A DNA stretch of 64,000 nt from the human T2T-CHM13v2.0 reference genome, Homo sapiens. The stretch lies in the NCBI RefSeq assembly GCF_009914755.1, contig NC_060939.1; one strand, 5' to 3'. Below are positions 14,240 to 49,064 of the stretch, one piece after another (position 1 is the stretch's first letter; every line of letters begins with the position of its first letter). The position numbers were made by a program, and so were the translations under genes. The notes under the pieces are model-generated. The model searched no databases. It worked only from the letters and a program-made list of their open reading frames with translations, and had not been told where the DNA came from.

Positions 14240-14345
14240 ATTGAGCCCAGGAGGCAGAGGTTGCAGTGAGCCCAGATCGCACCACTGCACTCCAGCCTGC
14301 GCCACAGAGTGAGACCCTGTCTCAAAAAAAAAAAAAAAAAAAAAA
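14240..14345 (+). mobile_element. 5'-truncated Alu right arm
   Basis: Alu 3' end plus A-tail. Confidence 0.88.
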
Positions 14346-14431
14346 TTCCTCGAAGAAAATTAGGCCTTTGTCAGTAGAAAAGGGCTGACACCCACTACAG
14401 GAATAGGATGGGAAAAGCTGCAGGAAGGAAG

Positions 14432-14592
14432 CTGTGGTTTTTAACCCCAGCTTTGCATTATAAAGAATTACCTGGGGAGCTTTAAAACTATATGCTAATA
14501 ATCAGGACACTCTAGGCCAATGAGACCAATCTTTGAAGGTAAGGCCCAAGTGACTGATTTCTCAAATGTGAAGCCAGGGTAAGAAACACTGA
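14432..14592. mobile_element. MER5-like hAT-Charlie DNA transposon fragment
   Basis: gtggtttt.aacc...gaattacctggggagcttt.aaaa...gccaggg.taagaaacactg. Confidence 0.6.
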
Positions 14593-16247
14593 AATACAAG
14601 AAAAGCTGAAAACCCAGTTGGAATATTTAAGGCTGGTGCTGTTAACAAGTGGGAAAGGAAAGTTGAGAGACTATTTCAGTAAGAAGAGTGCCCAAGTTTG
14701 AGAGGAATCCTGAGTGGCAGTTAGAGGGCTCTATGCAAAGAAAAGCAATAAAGAAGGCAATGCATTTGAGAGGAACTAGTCTAATTCTGAATAGAACATG
14801 GCCCAATTTAAGGAAGATTTACAGGGAATGGATCTGCTTGCAAAATAATGAGGCCCAAGTGAGAGGCAGAGGCCATAAGGCCAAATCTGGGGACAAAAGG
14901 TCTGGTGTGGGGAACTAATGAGCTTCAGACACGGTTTGGACAGGACAGCAACAAGTTTGGGGAAAAAATGAGGAAGAGAATTAGGTCCAAATTGTAAATG
15001 AAAGCCATTCTGATGTATAAGGAGCAACTAGGATTAAAAATTCCGGGGAATTAGGAAATTGTGGAACAGTTTCAGAGAACAGAGGCAGAAATATGGGATA
15101 TATTAAAATTTGAGGGAGAGATAGGTGAGAAGGGTTGTCTTGGAGAAAGAGAGGCATGTAGAGAAAGGAAAATTGAGGAACTATCTGCAGGGGGAAGGAT
15201 ATACCATGCAAGTTTGGAAAACCAGGGTGCTCGGTCTGAGAAAGATGTGCAGCCTTTCTCTAATTAATGGGGGAAGACTAGGGTCGGGTTTTGAGGGAGG
15301 AAATTGCAAAGATCTAGTGTCCAGAATATAGAGCTTGGTTTGAAGGCACTGGAGGTACAGGGGGAAGGTTCACTGGAAGCGAGATGGCTGGGTCCTGTGA
15401 TCTAATGATCCAAAGACGGGATTCAGTTAAGAGGGGAAGGAGAAGGATGAGTTCCAGCTGAGAAAAGATGTTTAGAGGGTAAGAATGTTTCCAAGAGTGT
15501 TGGGGGTATACCATTGGGGCAACAGGATGGAGCACAAGAATCAAACCTGGTGTTTGATAAATAAAAGGAATGGCGCTGGGAGACTGGGAAAATGGGGCCT
15601 AACTGGGAGAGGGGTGTGGAGAGGGGAAGGTGGGGGAAAGATGAAGCTGAAGTATGGGACCAGGAGGAAGAGGCTGGACATCTGTGTAAGGACTGCTAGG
15701 CCTGAAGAGAATGGGGGGAGGGTGATGAGTGGGGGTAAACTGAGAACTGAAGGATGGAGGTTGACTTTGCGGGGGGCAGTGATATGAGAAGAGTCTGGGT
15801 GGGGGGTGCAGTTTTCATCAGGGAGGGAATTCAAAGGGAAGGGTGAAGTGACTTATAAGGGGAGTAAGAAAGATTTGAGGAAGACAGGAAACAATTTGGG
15901 GAATCTGGATGCCGGGGAAAGCCCAGTTTGGGGAATGGGGCACAATTCGGTGGGGCTGAAAGAAAAAAGGGGACTTGCTTGGAAGGTTGGGTTCCGGCTT
16001 TTGGGGGCTTTAGGGGAGGAGAAGGCCCGGATGAGGGGGATGGGCCCGGCTGAAGAGGGGGCTAAAGGACAGAAGAAGGCCCAGTTGCAGGGCTGAGGAC
16101 CGGACTAGGGTGGCTGAAGTGGTGAACGGACCTGGCTGGGGGCGGATGGCCCCGCTGCGGGGGGCGGGGGCCGGCTAGGGGTACGTGAGAGGCCCTCTGG
16201 AGCAGATGAGGGAGGATGGGGGCGGGGAGCCTGGGCCGGGCCGTTAC

Positions 16248-16267
16248 CTGTCCTGGGTGTTTATCAT
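16248..16267 (-). CDS. OAZ2: OAZ2 coding exon 1 (MINTQDS; start of ORF1)
   Basis: Minus strand reads gccgccgaggATG ATA AAC ACC CAG GAC AG|gtaacg. Good Kozak context, GT donor at 16247-16246, lies in a CpG island, matches the antizyme 2 N-terminus. Confidence 0.96.
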
Positions 16268-16452
16268 CCTCGGCGGCTCTGCTCAGGGTGGGAGGAGGCG
16301 GCGCAGGGAGTGGATAGATGGATGAGTGGGTGGGTGTGGGGTCACGCGCGCGGGGTCGATCTCTGCGGGCTAAGTCCCTGTCAGGCCGCGGGCCGAGCGC
16401 CTCCTTTTGCCTCAGCGAGCGCCTGCCTCCAACTGACCCTCCCCGGCCGCCA

Positions 16453-16473
16453 CCGCCGCCGCCGCCGCCGCCG
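16453..16473 (-). repeat. (CGG)7 trinucleotide repeat in the OAZ2 5' leader
   Basis: Seven consecutive ccg on the + strand. Confidence 0.95.
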
Positions 16474-17076
16474 CCCCGCCCCCGAGTGCCTCATCTGCAT
16501 AGCCCCACCCCAGCGCCGCGCGGTGTCCTGGGAAACTGGGGCCCACAACAAAGGGCAAAGCACCGCCCCGCCTCCGCGCAGGCGCACCACGGACCGATCG
16601 TGGGGGTAGGGCTAGGGGGTCCGAACGAAGGGCAGGCTGTGCAGGAGGCCATGACCAAGGCGGTGGGTCTGCCCGCAGCTGCGGCAGCGCGGCCCAGAAG
16701 ATGCGTTGTGTTTCCGGTAGTTTTCTGTGAGGATTGACTCAACCTGGTCCTCATCCTTATTCCTTGTTGGCGTGGGGCCGAACAGGGCTGTGCCATTTGG
16801 GAGGATATTAAAACAAAATCAGAAATCTTAAGAGAACTACACACATATTAGCACCATTCCTAGTCTGAGTCCAGGCCCACAGATCTGTTATCTCAGCTCA
16901 TAATGCAGATCAATAACCTCAGCTGTCAGGGTAGATCAACAATCTCAGCATCTCGCACACATCTCATGTCAATCGTCAAGGCTGCTCCAAGCACTGGCTT
17001 AGGTCATCTGAAGCCAGAACTCTGTAGATCATGAGCACAGTCACAACAAGACAGTCGTGGAAAGCGTCGTCACTAA

Positions 17077-17706
<630 letters not shown>

Positions 17707-18824
17707 AACAAATAATTATTGAATAGCTACTTACTGTATGCTCCAGGCATGTGCTAGAGTCCAAGAATACGCCATAATCAACCAGGCAAGGTTCCTGCCT
17801 TGGATGTCACAATCCGGTCAAGGGGAGAGACACAGGTCATCACAATACCAGGTAAGTAAGTGCTCAATCTGAGGAATGCCACAGAGAAAGTAATTTAGGG
17901 AATTAGGGACAGCTTTGCAGAAAGAGTGATAACTCAGAGAAAGGGTGACACTCCAGATCGGCGGTCACTATGACTTTCAGTTCACAAACATCTCACATTG
18001 GAGTCATCTCAGGATATGGTTACTCTCCTTCACAAACAGCATGCTTTTGGGTTTTGGATGATGGGGATGGAGGCACAGAAGGAAGGCTGGAGCTACCAAG
18101 CTAAGGCTTTTTCAACACAAATTAAAGTGGTAAATGATACCGAAACTGCCCGGATTATCACTAGATATTCAGGCAAGGCTGGTCTCATACTCTGGTTCAC
18201 TTTAAGATCCTCCACTTTGTCCCTCAGCTATCCCTACCTACTCCTCCAGGTTCAAGTCAGGTATGTTCTTACATTAGTACTTAGCAAAATTGGACATTTA
18301 AACCCAGCCCTGATCTACCCCATCGCATAGTCCCAGAGACCTGGGCAATCCTCCTGGACCCTCAGAGGGAGCTGGAATGTCTCACTTCTGCCAGCCCATT
18401 CCTGGCCAAGTAACCCTTTAACCTGAAGGACAGTTTTTGACCCATGAATCAACAAATATTGAGAACTCACTATGTCAATAATAGCGACCATTTATTGAGC
18501 ATCATGGGTAAAGTACTAAATTTTAGAACAGCTCTCCACCCTCGTTTTAAGGATGAAGAGAATTAAACCTCAGAGAGATTTATTCTGTCATCCAATATTT
18601 ATTGAGGGTCTGTCTATACCAGACATGTTAACATGCTAGCTTTAATTCAAAGCGATTAAGTGGTATAGTTAGAATTTGGATCCCAAGTTGCCTGATCCTG
18701 TGCTTTCTCTGGATCTGCATGGTGGAAGAGTCAGAAGCTCTCTGGACAGCTTTCTGTTTAAAGGAGTGGCCACCCTGATAGCCACCTGGTCAGCAAGTGA
18801 AAAATTCACAAAAACTGAGGTCTT

Positions 18825-19300
<476 letters not shown>

Positions 19301-20120
19301 TATCCCATCACCCCTCTATCCCTGTCTACCCCAGTCACCACCACAGGTTCAAGTCCCTTCTCATCCATTGCCCTCACACTGGCAATCTATCAGACTCTGC
19401 TTCCTGCTCCTAACCATACCCTCCCACTGTGCCTTCTGCAACGTGTGATCAGCAAACTCTTCCACATCCTCAGCCTTTTCTCAGCATCCTTGCTTTATCT
19501 GAAACTTGGCTATCCACTAACCGCTGCTTCTCCAGCAGCTCTATTAGGTGAATTCTGTTTCTCATTCTCACGTGCCTCAGTGTCAGAAGTGGGTAAGTGT
19601 ATTCCTCTCCACCCCAATGCCATTTCTAGACCAGTGTTTATCTTCCCCTCCCTCCCACAAAATCCCTGTTCCATTGGGGCTTCACCCTCTAGATATACTA
19701 TCTTGGTTAATGTCATTAGCCAGCCTCCTGGTTGATGCCCCTTATTTGGCTCATGGCTTGCTGCCTCTCCGCCCCAAATTTTGTCATATTTGGTGAGCTC
19801 AAGGTCCACATGATGGCCTCTCAGCCACGCTCCTCTCACTTCCTCGACTTTCTCATCTCCGGTAAGATTTTCAGCACTCCACTGTAGCTGCTAACACACC
19901 CTCAACTTTGTTTTCACCAAAAATCATTTCACGTCCAAAATATTGACTCTCCAACCATAACCTTTGCCTTAATTAAACCTTTCAACAAGTCTTTGACCTG
20001 TATCAGGAGCTTAACGCTTGACCTCACTAATTCCTCACTATTCATTAGCCCTAAGTTTTTTGTTTGTTTTTTTTAAGAGGAAGAAACTTGTTAAGAGAGA
20101 TGAGAAAGTAACCTGTCTAT

Positions 20121-20744
<624 letters not shown>

Positions 20745-20999
20745 TTAGTGCAAATACTTGGGTCCAAACTCAGTAGTCACTGTTACCAATTGCAGATTTT
20801 TACATAGGACTGAATTATATGGTAAGCCACAGAAATTTGGAATAACTGAAACTCTCCTATTTGAGTCCACTGCCAGCTAATGATACTGTTTTTTTCTGTT
20901 TCCCTTGGCAAAGAGAGATAGTAGTTTATTAGAAAAGTAGTCGAGAACCATAAGTGTGAAATTATGTTAAAATAGTTCCCACAAAAATCATTATTTCTT

Positions 21000-24051
<3,052 letters not shown>

Positions 24052-24521
24052 TTTTCTAGCTTGTCTGTCATCCATCACTATAACTACTCCTTCCCTCTGT
24101 CTCCTCCCATTGTGCTTGCCTGGCAAAGCCCTACTCCACATAAATTCAACCATTTGCTTTCCGAGTGCTTTTGCTACAGCAAAATCACAATACCAGGCAG
24201 GTTATCTTCACTCATGTTCATGATCCTAACCTCAAACGGACTGTCAATACTGCTGGGTAATTCCTACTACGTTTCCCCATTAAGTTTGCTTTTCCAGTCT
24301 CAAGAAGAATTTTTTCCCTAGGCTCTCTCTGCAAAACCTCTACCCCTCTCATCTTAGCTGATGACCTAGCCACCATGTTACTAAGGAAATAGAAGCAATA
24401 GGAAATACCCTGTCATTCCTACCACAGCCTACAAACCCATCTGCATCTCCGCCTACTTACATCTGTCTCCTCCTAGTGCTCTGAGAAGTGGATGTCCCTT
24501 TGCTAAAGACTAGCCAATCCT

Positions 24522-25278
<757 letters not shown>

Positions 25279-25279
25279 G

Positions 25280-30059
<4,780 letters not shown>

Positions 30060-30060
<1 letters not shown>

Positions 30061-30430
30061 GCCCTAGAGGATCTAAGCCCTCCTGCCCCTCCAGCCTCAT
30101 CCTGTGCTCCTCTCTTTGGTGGAGCAACCCTGGCTTCTTCTCAGGGCCTCAAACAGGACCAGCCTCTTACTATTCCCTGACCTGGACCACCCTTCCCCAG
30201 ATCCTCCTGAGGCGGGGCTGGCTCCCCATCCTCAGAGAGCCCTTGGCAGCATCCCTGTTCCCTGTGTATTCCCTCATGGCATATCTGTAATGCATTCATC
30301 TGCTGCTTCCATGTTCATTGTGTGACACTCGTGTTGGACTGAAAGCTCCAGGTGGGTAAGAAGCGAAGAGCCTGGGCCACATGAGGTGCTCAGTGAATAC
30401 TTTTGTGTATGGCAAAATTCAGTGAAGAAA
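30060..30430. mobile_element. L2 LINE 3' fragment
   Basis: gact.gaaagctcca..gggc; gtgctcagtgaatacttttg. Confidence 0.55.
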
Positions 30431-31969
30431 TTTAAAGCATGAAAGCTTACAGCAGAGTTGGAGAGATGTAACTTACATATCTGAAACAAGGCAGAAGCAC
30501 GAGAAGACAGCAGCATCAGTGCAGAAGTGGGCCGCTCAGCCCGCGAGTGCAGGAGGCGCTGAGAAGAACAGGTGTCAGCTCTCTGCTGAGAACAAAGACA
30601 ATTCAACGCCACTTTTTCAAGGTGAAAATAGAGCCCAAAGCCCTGAAAAAGGAAATTAAAAATAAAGGTTCTCTGAGGCCCAAGCAAGATCAGGATGTCA
30701 AGAGCCTGGCATTTTTCTTCTGCTCCCTCCCAAAGCTGCCTTTCAACATTGCACGGTGTTCCTTAAGGACATCACCAAAGAGTCAGAAAACCTGCGAGTC
30801 CTGGTTCTCCCCCTTTTCCTGGCTGCTGATCCTGGCAAGGCACATGTGCTCTTTGTACCTCTGTTTCTCAGCTAAAATTTGAGGTTGGGAGTAGACTCTT
30901 AGGGTTCTTTTCCGCGATAAAGACTTTTCCAAGTGGTCACTTGAGCCACCTCATAAGGTCTAGCTTGGATCCCACTACCAACCCTTGAGTCAGGATCATG
31001 GTTGGGGGCGGAGGGAGGAACTGGCTTCTAGAGGCAGCAAAAGACTTGTGAGGAGCCCTGCCCCTTGGCTCACAGGGCAGGAAGCGCCTGGCGGAAGGTG
31101 AAGCAGTTGAAAGCACTAGAGCTGGAAGTGAGTGAGGGGTAGTCCTGCCTGGGGCGTAGGGTTCCGGTCCCAGGCAAAACATTATTTTAGACCAACAGGA
31201 AAAACAAAAGTAATGGTTCCCACCAACTTCCCAGCTCCAGGAAGCTGGGCATGACTAGTGATTTTTTTTTCTGTTCCTCTAGCCTGTGAGCATTTCCACT
31301 CGTCTGCCAAGGCAGAGACAGCCCCATCCAGAAGCAAGAATGAGACCTCGGGGCCCTGGCGCCCTTGAGCCAACCCCATCTCTGTTCTCACAACTTGCCT
31401 TGCCTGACCTCTGGAGAAAAACTTCAGAAAATATCACCCTTTCTTCCCACCTGCTCCCGCTGGCCAAAATCCCCATCAAAGCCTGGCTTCAGCCCCTCAG
31501 ACTGGGAACTCTATCCAAATGGAGTGTGGGGAGTGTGGGTGAGGAAGGACGGAAGGAAGTAGGTCACACGCTGGCTACCGCACAACGGGGAAGAGGCCAA
31601 CCTCGGAAAGGCAGAAGAGTGGCCGCCATGCCGAGCTTCCAGAGATGGAGAGAAGGTCTAGGAAGCCACCTTGGGGAAGCCGCCTGAGCAGGAGCGGGGC
31701 AGCCAGGGATCAGAGCCCACGGCCTGCTGGGGACCCATCCTGGGCACGGGGCTCTGGGCTCTGTGCCCATTCTCTGATGTGCCACATTGTTCTGCTACTT
31801 CCTTCTCTGGAAGTAATAAGGGGGTTGGGGGTGGGACAGCACGGCCAGGAGTAGATGGAGCGGGGTGGAGCTGCCAGTGGGGGAGGAGGCTGCGGTTCAT
31901 TCCCACGACCAGCTGCCCTTCTGGCCGCCCTGGGACTGCGTGGGAAAAGGTCTGGGAAGTATGGGGGAT

Positions 31970-31970
<1 letters not shown>

Positions 31971-32044
<74 letters not shown>
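31971..32044. repeat. (GT)37 microsatellite
   Basis: Uninterrupted GT run. Confidence 0.98.
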
Positions 32045-32049
<5 letters not shown>

Positions 32050-32464
32050 TGTGTCTGACTCCCTTGCTTGGCTTCAGTCACAGGACAAAGCCCTTTGAGA
32101 AACAGTCACCAACCTGTGTTCCCACTGGGCTCTGTCCTGGGAGAGGCACAAGAACCCGCCCTGACGCCTGAGAGAAAGACTCTGAAGGCCTCAGGACCAA
32201 ATCCCTGGAGGGGTCTTGGCGTCTAATGAATCTAGATTGACTGACTTCCCTGGGATGCTTCTGGAACCTTCTGCTAAGCCCTCAGCTTCTTGGCAGAGCT
32301 CTATTACTAACTGGATATCAGAATATGGGTGCAAACTAGACATGGGGAGTGAAGTCAGCCATTCTCACAGCATCTACCTAAGAAGGCCAGGATCCTCCAC
32401 AGCCACGTAGATCGTAGAGCCAGTGGCATGCCGGGGATGATATACAAAGACAAGAAACTCTGAA

Positions 32465-33300
<836 letters not shown>

Positions 33301-33864
33301 TGTAGCGAGCACATTTCTACCCCAGCCAGGCCTATCTATAAGCAAATAAAGATGGGATTTCATGTCCTCCCATCAGCTTTTCTGCACCCTCCCTTCTACC
33401 TTCCAGTGGCACAGTGCTTAATGACAGCTGCTGACAATACAGTGTCACAGGCCTTGCGCCAAAATTACCCCCAACTCCTTCCCTCACTCCCAAATCACAA
33501 CTCTTATTATCTAAGTGAGCAACCCCAGTTGCAAAACACAAAGGAGTAATAAGTCCTGTAGAAATTCTCAGCTCCACCCCAGCCCCTGGTTGCCAATGAC
33601 CCTGTGAAGAAGCTAAAACTCCTTAGCTCGGACATTCTGTCACAGAGAGACCTGCAGCATGTGCCAGATGAACTTGCATCAACTGAAAACCAAGGTCACC
33701 TCTGGAGACCAGAAATGGAAGTGACAGTCCCAGGCCTATTCATAAAGCTTCAGTTTTTTACAAGGAGATTGTAATCATGCAAAACTTGCGTAATTAAAAT
33801 TAATAATAAACAGAAATGCCTCAGCCTAGTTCCTGTGAGTCTGACCCCAACTTACATTTCCAGG

Positions 33865-37113
<3,249 letters not shown>

Positions 37114-37416
37114 AGGCTCAATTTTATTTCAACGTTTCAATCTCACACATGGTAATGCTGAGGTATCTTATTCACATAAGTACCTGGGAAAGGAAGAAGT
37201 TCTAGCAGAGTCACTCAATACCACCTAATCATCAAGCAGATGACAACAAAATTTGTTTCAGGTCCTTCCATTCAAAAGCAAAATATTGGGAAAGCTTTAG
37301 TTTGTAGAAAGGATCTATAATACAGTCATTTGAGTCATTCACTTTCTCCATATTGAAATCACTATTTCAAACTGTTTCTGTTTGAATTCCCAGAGATTTT
37401 TACACATCAAGACAAT

Positions 37417-37945
37417 ATACCAAATACCAGATCTCCCAACATACCAAACATCAGATCAACCAACAAACCAAATACCAGATCACCAACAAACCAAATACCA
37501 GATCTCCCAACATACCAAATACCAGATCACCAACATACCAAATACCAGATCACCAACATACCAAATACCAGATCTCCAACATACCAAATACCAGATCTCC
37601 AACATACCAAATACCAGATCTCCAACATACTAAATACCAGATCACCTAGCATACCAAATACCAGATCTCCCAACATACCAAATATCAGATCAACCAACAA
37701 ACCAAATACCAGATCACCAACAAACCAAATACCAGATCTCCCAACATACCGAATACCAGATCACCAACATACCAAATACCAGATCTCCAACATACCAAAT
37801 ACCAGATCTCCAACATACCAAATACCAGATCACCTAACATACCAAATACCAGCTCTCCCAACATACCAAATACAAGATCTCCCAACATACCAAATACCAG
37901 ATCTCCAACATACCAAATACCAGATCAACAACATACTAGATCTCC
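37417..37945. repeat. Minisatellite, 22-23-bp unit ATACCAAATACCAGATCTCC(C)AAC, about 23 copies
   Basis: Directly visible tandem array with variant units (AGATCACC, AGATCAACC). Confidence 0.95.
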
Positions 37946-37961
37946 TAAGATCTAGGATGAA

Positions 37962-39665
<1,704 letters not shown>

Positions 39666-39746
39666 ATTTCTTTTGTAAAGTAAGAGAAAAGAAATTGTAA
39701 AAACGAAGGGAGGACAGGCAATCTCAGTCATAAATAGTTCTTATTA

Positions 39747-43508
<3,762 letters not shown>

Positions 43509-43796
43509 TGAAGTAGCCATTCCCAGTCATGTGTTAGGTATCACCAAAGGCCCTGGACTGTGCTGGTGAGTGACAATGGCATGACCTATGCCCTGAAAGA
43601 ACGTCCAGTATGTGCAGGCACCAGCAAGGTTTGCAGACGAGACAGTGCCTGGCAGTGCTGACGACGGAGTGACCCCTGAGTAAAGCGCACTGAGAGAGAA
43701 CAGCCCAAATTTGAGTTTCCAGGGGGGTCTATCCCCTGGATTTTACCCATTCCAATGGGCAAAATCTCCCAGACATGAGAGAAATTAGGAATGTAA

Positions 43797-44160
<364 letters not shown>

Positions 44161-44544
44161 GACATCCAGGGGTTTAATCAGTGAGATGGAAGCTGACTTG
44201 ATTTCCTACGATAGTCGGGACACCTGAGTTTTGTGTCAAGCCCGCATAACCAAATGAGCTCCGCACATCTTTCTGCTTCTGAAGGCTGAAGCTTCTCCAT
44301 CTGTGAACCGAGGCAATTGGATCAAATCTCTCTGGGCCCAATATTCACTTTTGTATCCCCAGTGCCAGCAGAGTGACTACTAGCATGCAAGTATGCACAA
44401 ATGCAGGAGGTTCTCCATGAGTGTTTGTGTTTGTTAGTGACTAACTGCCTGACTCTGCCTCTGGGAACAGAGGCGCCCATAGAGTCCACAATAAATGACC
44501 CCAGGCAAAGGTTAATCTGGAAGAGCAAAAGGGAAAAAGGAAAA

Positions 44545-44684
44545 AGGTGGGGGCGTGTCCTGAATGCGTGACACTGGCCATCAGCCCTTATGCGGTAGAG
44601 AACCATGGAATGAAGTTCTTCTAACCTGTGAAAGTGGCGTCTTGGCACGATTCACCTGGCGGCCGTAGACAGGAGAGATTTCAG
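44545..44684 (+). repeat. 140-bp direct duplication, copy 1
   Basis: Matches 45097-45236 with 7 substitutions and no gaps. Confidence 0.95.
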
Positions 44685-44707
44685 ACGAGGTTTGTGAGCA
44701 TCTTCAA

Positions 44708-44721
44708 CCACGAGAGGGCGC
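44708..44721 (+). promoter_or_regulatory. Candidate CTCF motif CCACGAGAGGGCGC
   Basis: One deviation from the CTCF core; motif only. Confidence 0.5.
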
Positions 44722-45096
44722 CCCAGGATCACACAGTCCCGCCAGCTCCCAAAGGAAGGAGGCTGTGCCAGAGGCACCTGCCTAGTGCTAAGTCTTAGGT
44801 GAGCAGAACTTTCTCCTTGGTCACCACTGGGCCAAGACAAGGGGCCTGAGATGTAAATAAAGGTGAGCATAGGAGAAGGAGGGGCCAAAGAGAGAAAGGG
44901 ACTTGCTGGGGCCACAGAGCATGTCTACAGGTACATCAGGACATGGAACGAGACCCAGGTGGGGTCAGTTTCCCATTACCTTGAAGAGGAAGGCAATGCC
45001 CGATCTAGTAGAGAGGAAAAAGCTGCTCTGTAGTACAAGGGAGATGACGGTGGTTAGCAAATGTCTCCAATCACAGGGAAGAAGGGGCCAGAAGCC

Positions 45097-45236
45097 AGGT
45101 GGGGGTGTGTCCTGAATGAGTGACACTGGCCATCAGCCCCTATGCAGTAGAGAACCACGGAATGAAGTTCTTCTAACCGGTGAAAGCGGCGTCTTGGCAC
45201 GATTCACCTGGCGGCCGTAGACAGGAGAGATTTCAG
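45097..45236 (+). repeat. 140-bp direct duplication, copy 2
   Basis: Matches 44545-44684. Confidence 0.95.
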
Positions 45237-46157
45237 TGCGTAGGCCCTGGGGAAGCACATATGAATGGATACTTGGGAGTGTGGCCTTGGGGGAGAACCC
45301 TGGGGGAGGCCACTGCTCCAAAAGGAAGTGGCTTTTGCTCCTCCCACCCCTGCCCCTCCCCCCAGCCCCTCTCCCTCCATGTCTTTCTGGAGACACAAGT
45401 TAGTTTTTAGGAAGCACACTCCTGCTTTCAGTAATGAGAACCTGGGTCTGGAAAGAGACACAGGCCCATCTGAGAAGCCTCTAATCTAAGAGACCACCTT
45501 CAGCAGGGGACAGAGCCTGAGGGTATCCTGCTCTGGAAGCTGCAGTCACCCTGAGGTGGGAGATGAGGCATGTTCCTCTGTGCACAGCTCTTACACCACC
45601 CATGCAGTTCTGCGAGGCCAAGCACAGAACCACGATACCATGGGACCCAGAGCAGTACTCTGGACCTGTGGGTAAGGTGGGCAGCAGCCCAGCCTCCGGG
45701 GAAAGAGAGGAGCGGAAGTTTAGAACCAATAACCCCCAGCTTTCCCTGCTTGAGTAGCTCCACAGCCCAGACTCCCACACTCCAGGCTGTGCATCACCTG
45801 AGAACAGAAACTGTGCCTTATCCTCCATCTCAGCACCAAACACAGGCTCAGCAAAGGGCAGGGGCACAAAAAATGTTTGCTGGAAAGAATGACTGGACAA
45901 GAGAGGATGCAAAGGTCAGTCAGCGTGCTCCTTCCCCCTTGAGGGCAGCAGACCAGAGCTCAGGGCTCTGGCTCAGCTCATCATGATCAAACATGACCTT
46001 GGCACCTTTCTGAACTTGAACTTCCTGTCCATGGGATGGAAATGATCCTTCGCAAACAGCCTTCCCAGGACAGCTTCGAGGATCAGGGCAGGACTACCTT
46101 GTAGCAGCCTATGGACTTAGCTCTTTCCTTCTCTCTTATTCCACTTGGTAATGTTAA

Positions 46158-49064
<2,907 letters not shown>

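Larger units (their letters stand above)
16100..16790 (-). promoter_or_regulatory. OAZ2: CpG-island promoter, 5' UTR and first exon of OAZ2
   Basis: High GC and CpG density, GC boxes (CCCCGCCCC, CCGCCCCGCC), ETS-like TTTCCGG near 16711, directly upstream of the OAZ2 ATG. Confidence 0.9.

Noticed and set aside
16318-16737. 139-aa Pro-rich + strand ORF over the CpG island
   Set aside because: Antisense reading of the CCG repeat and GC-rich promoter, where stop codons are depleted by composition.
37417-37945. Possible CRISPR-like array
   Set aside because: Units are directly adjacent with no unique spacers, no cas genes, primate DNA; it is a minisatellite.
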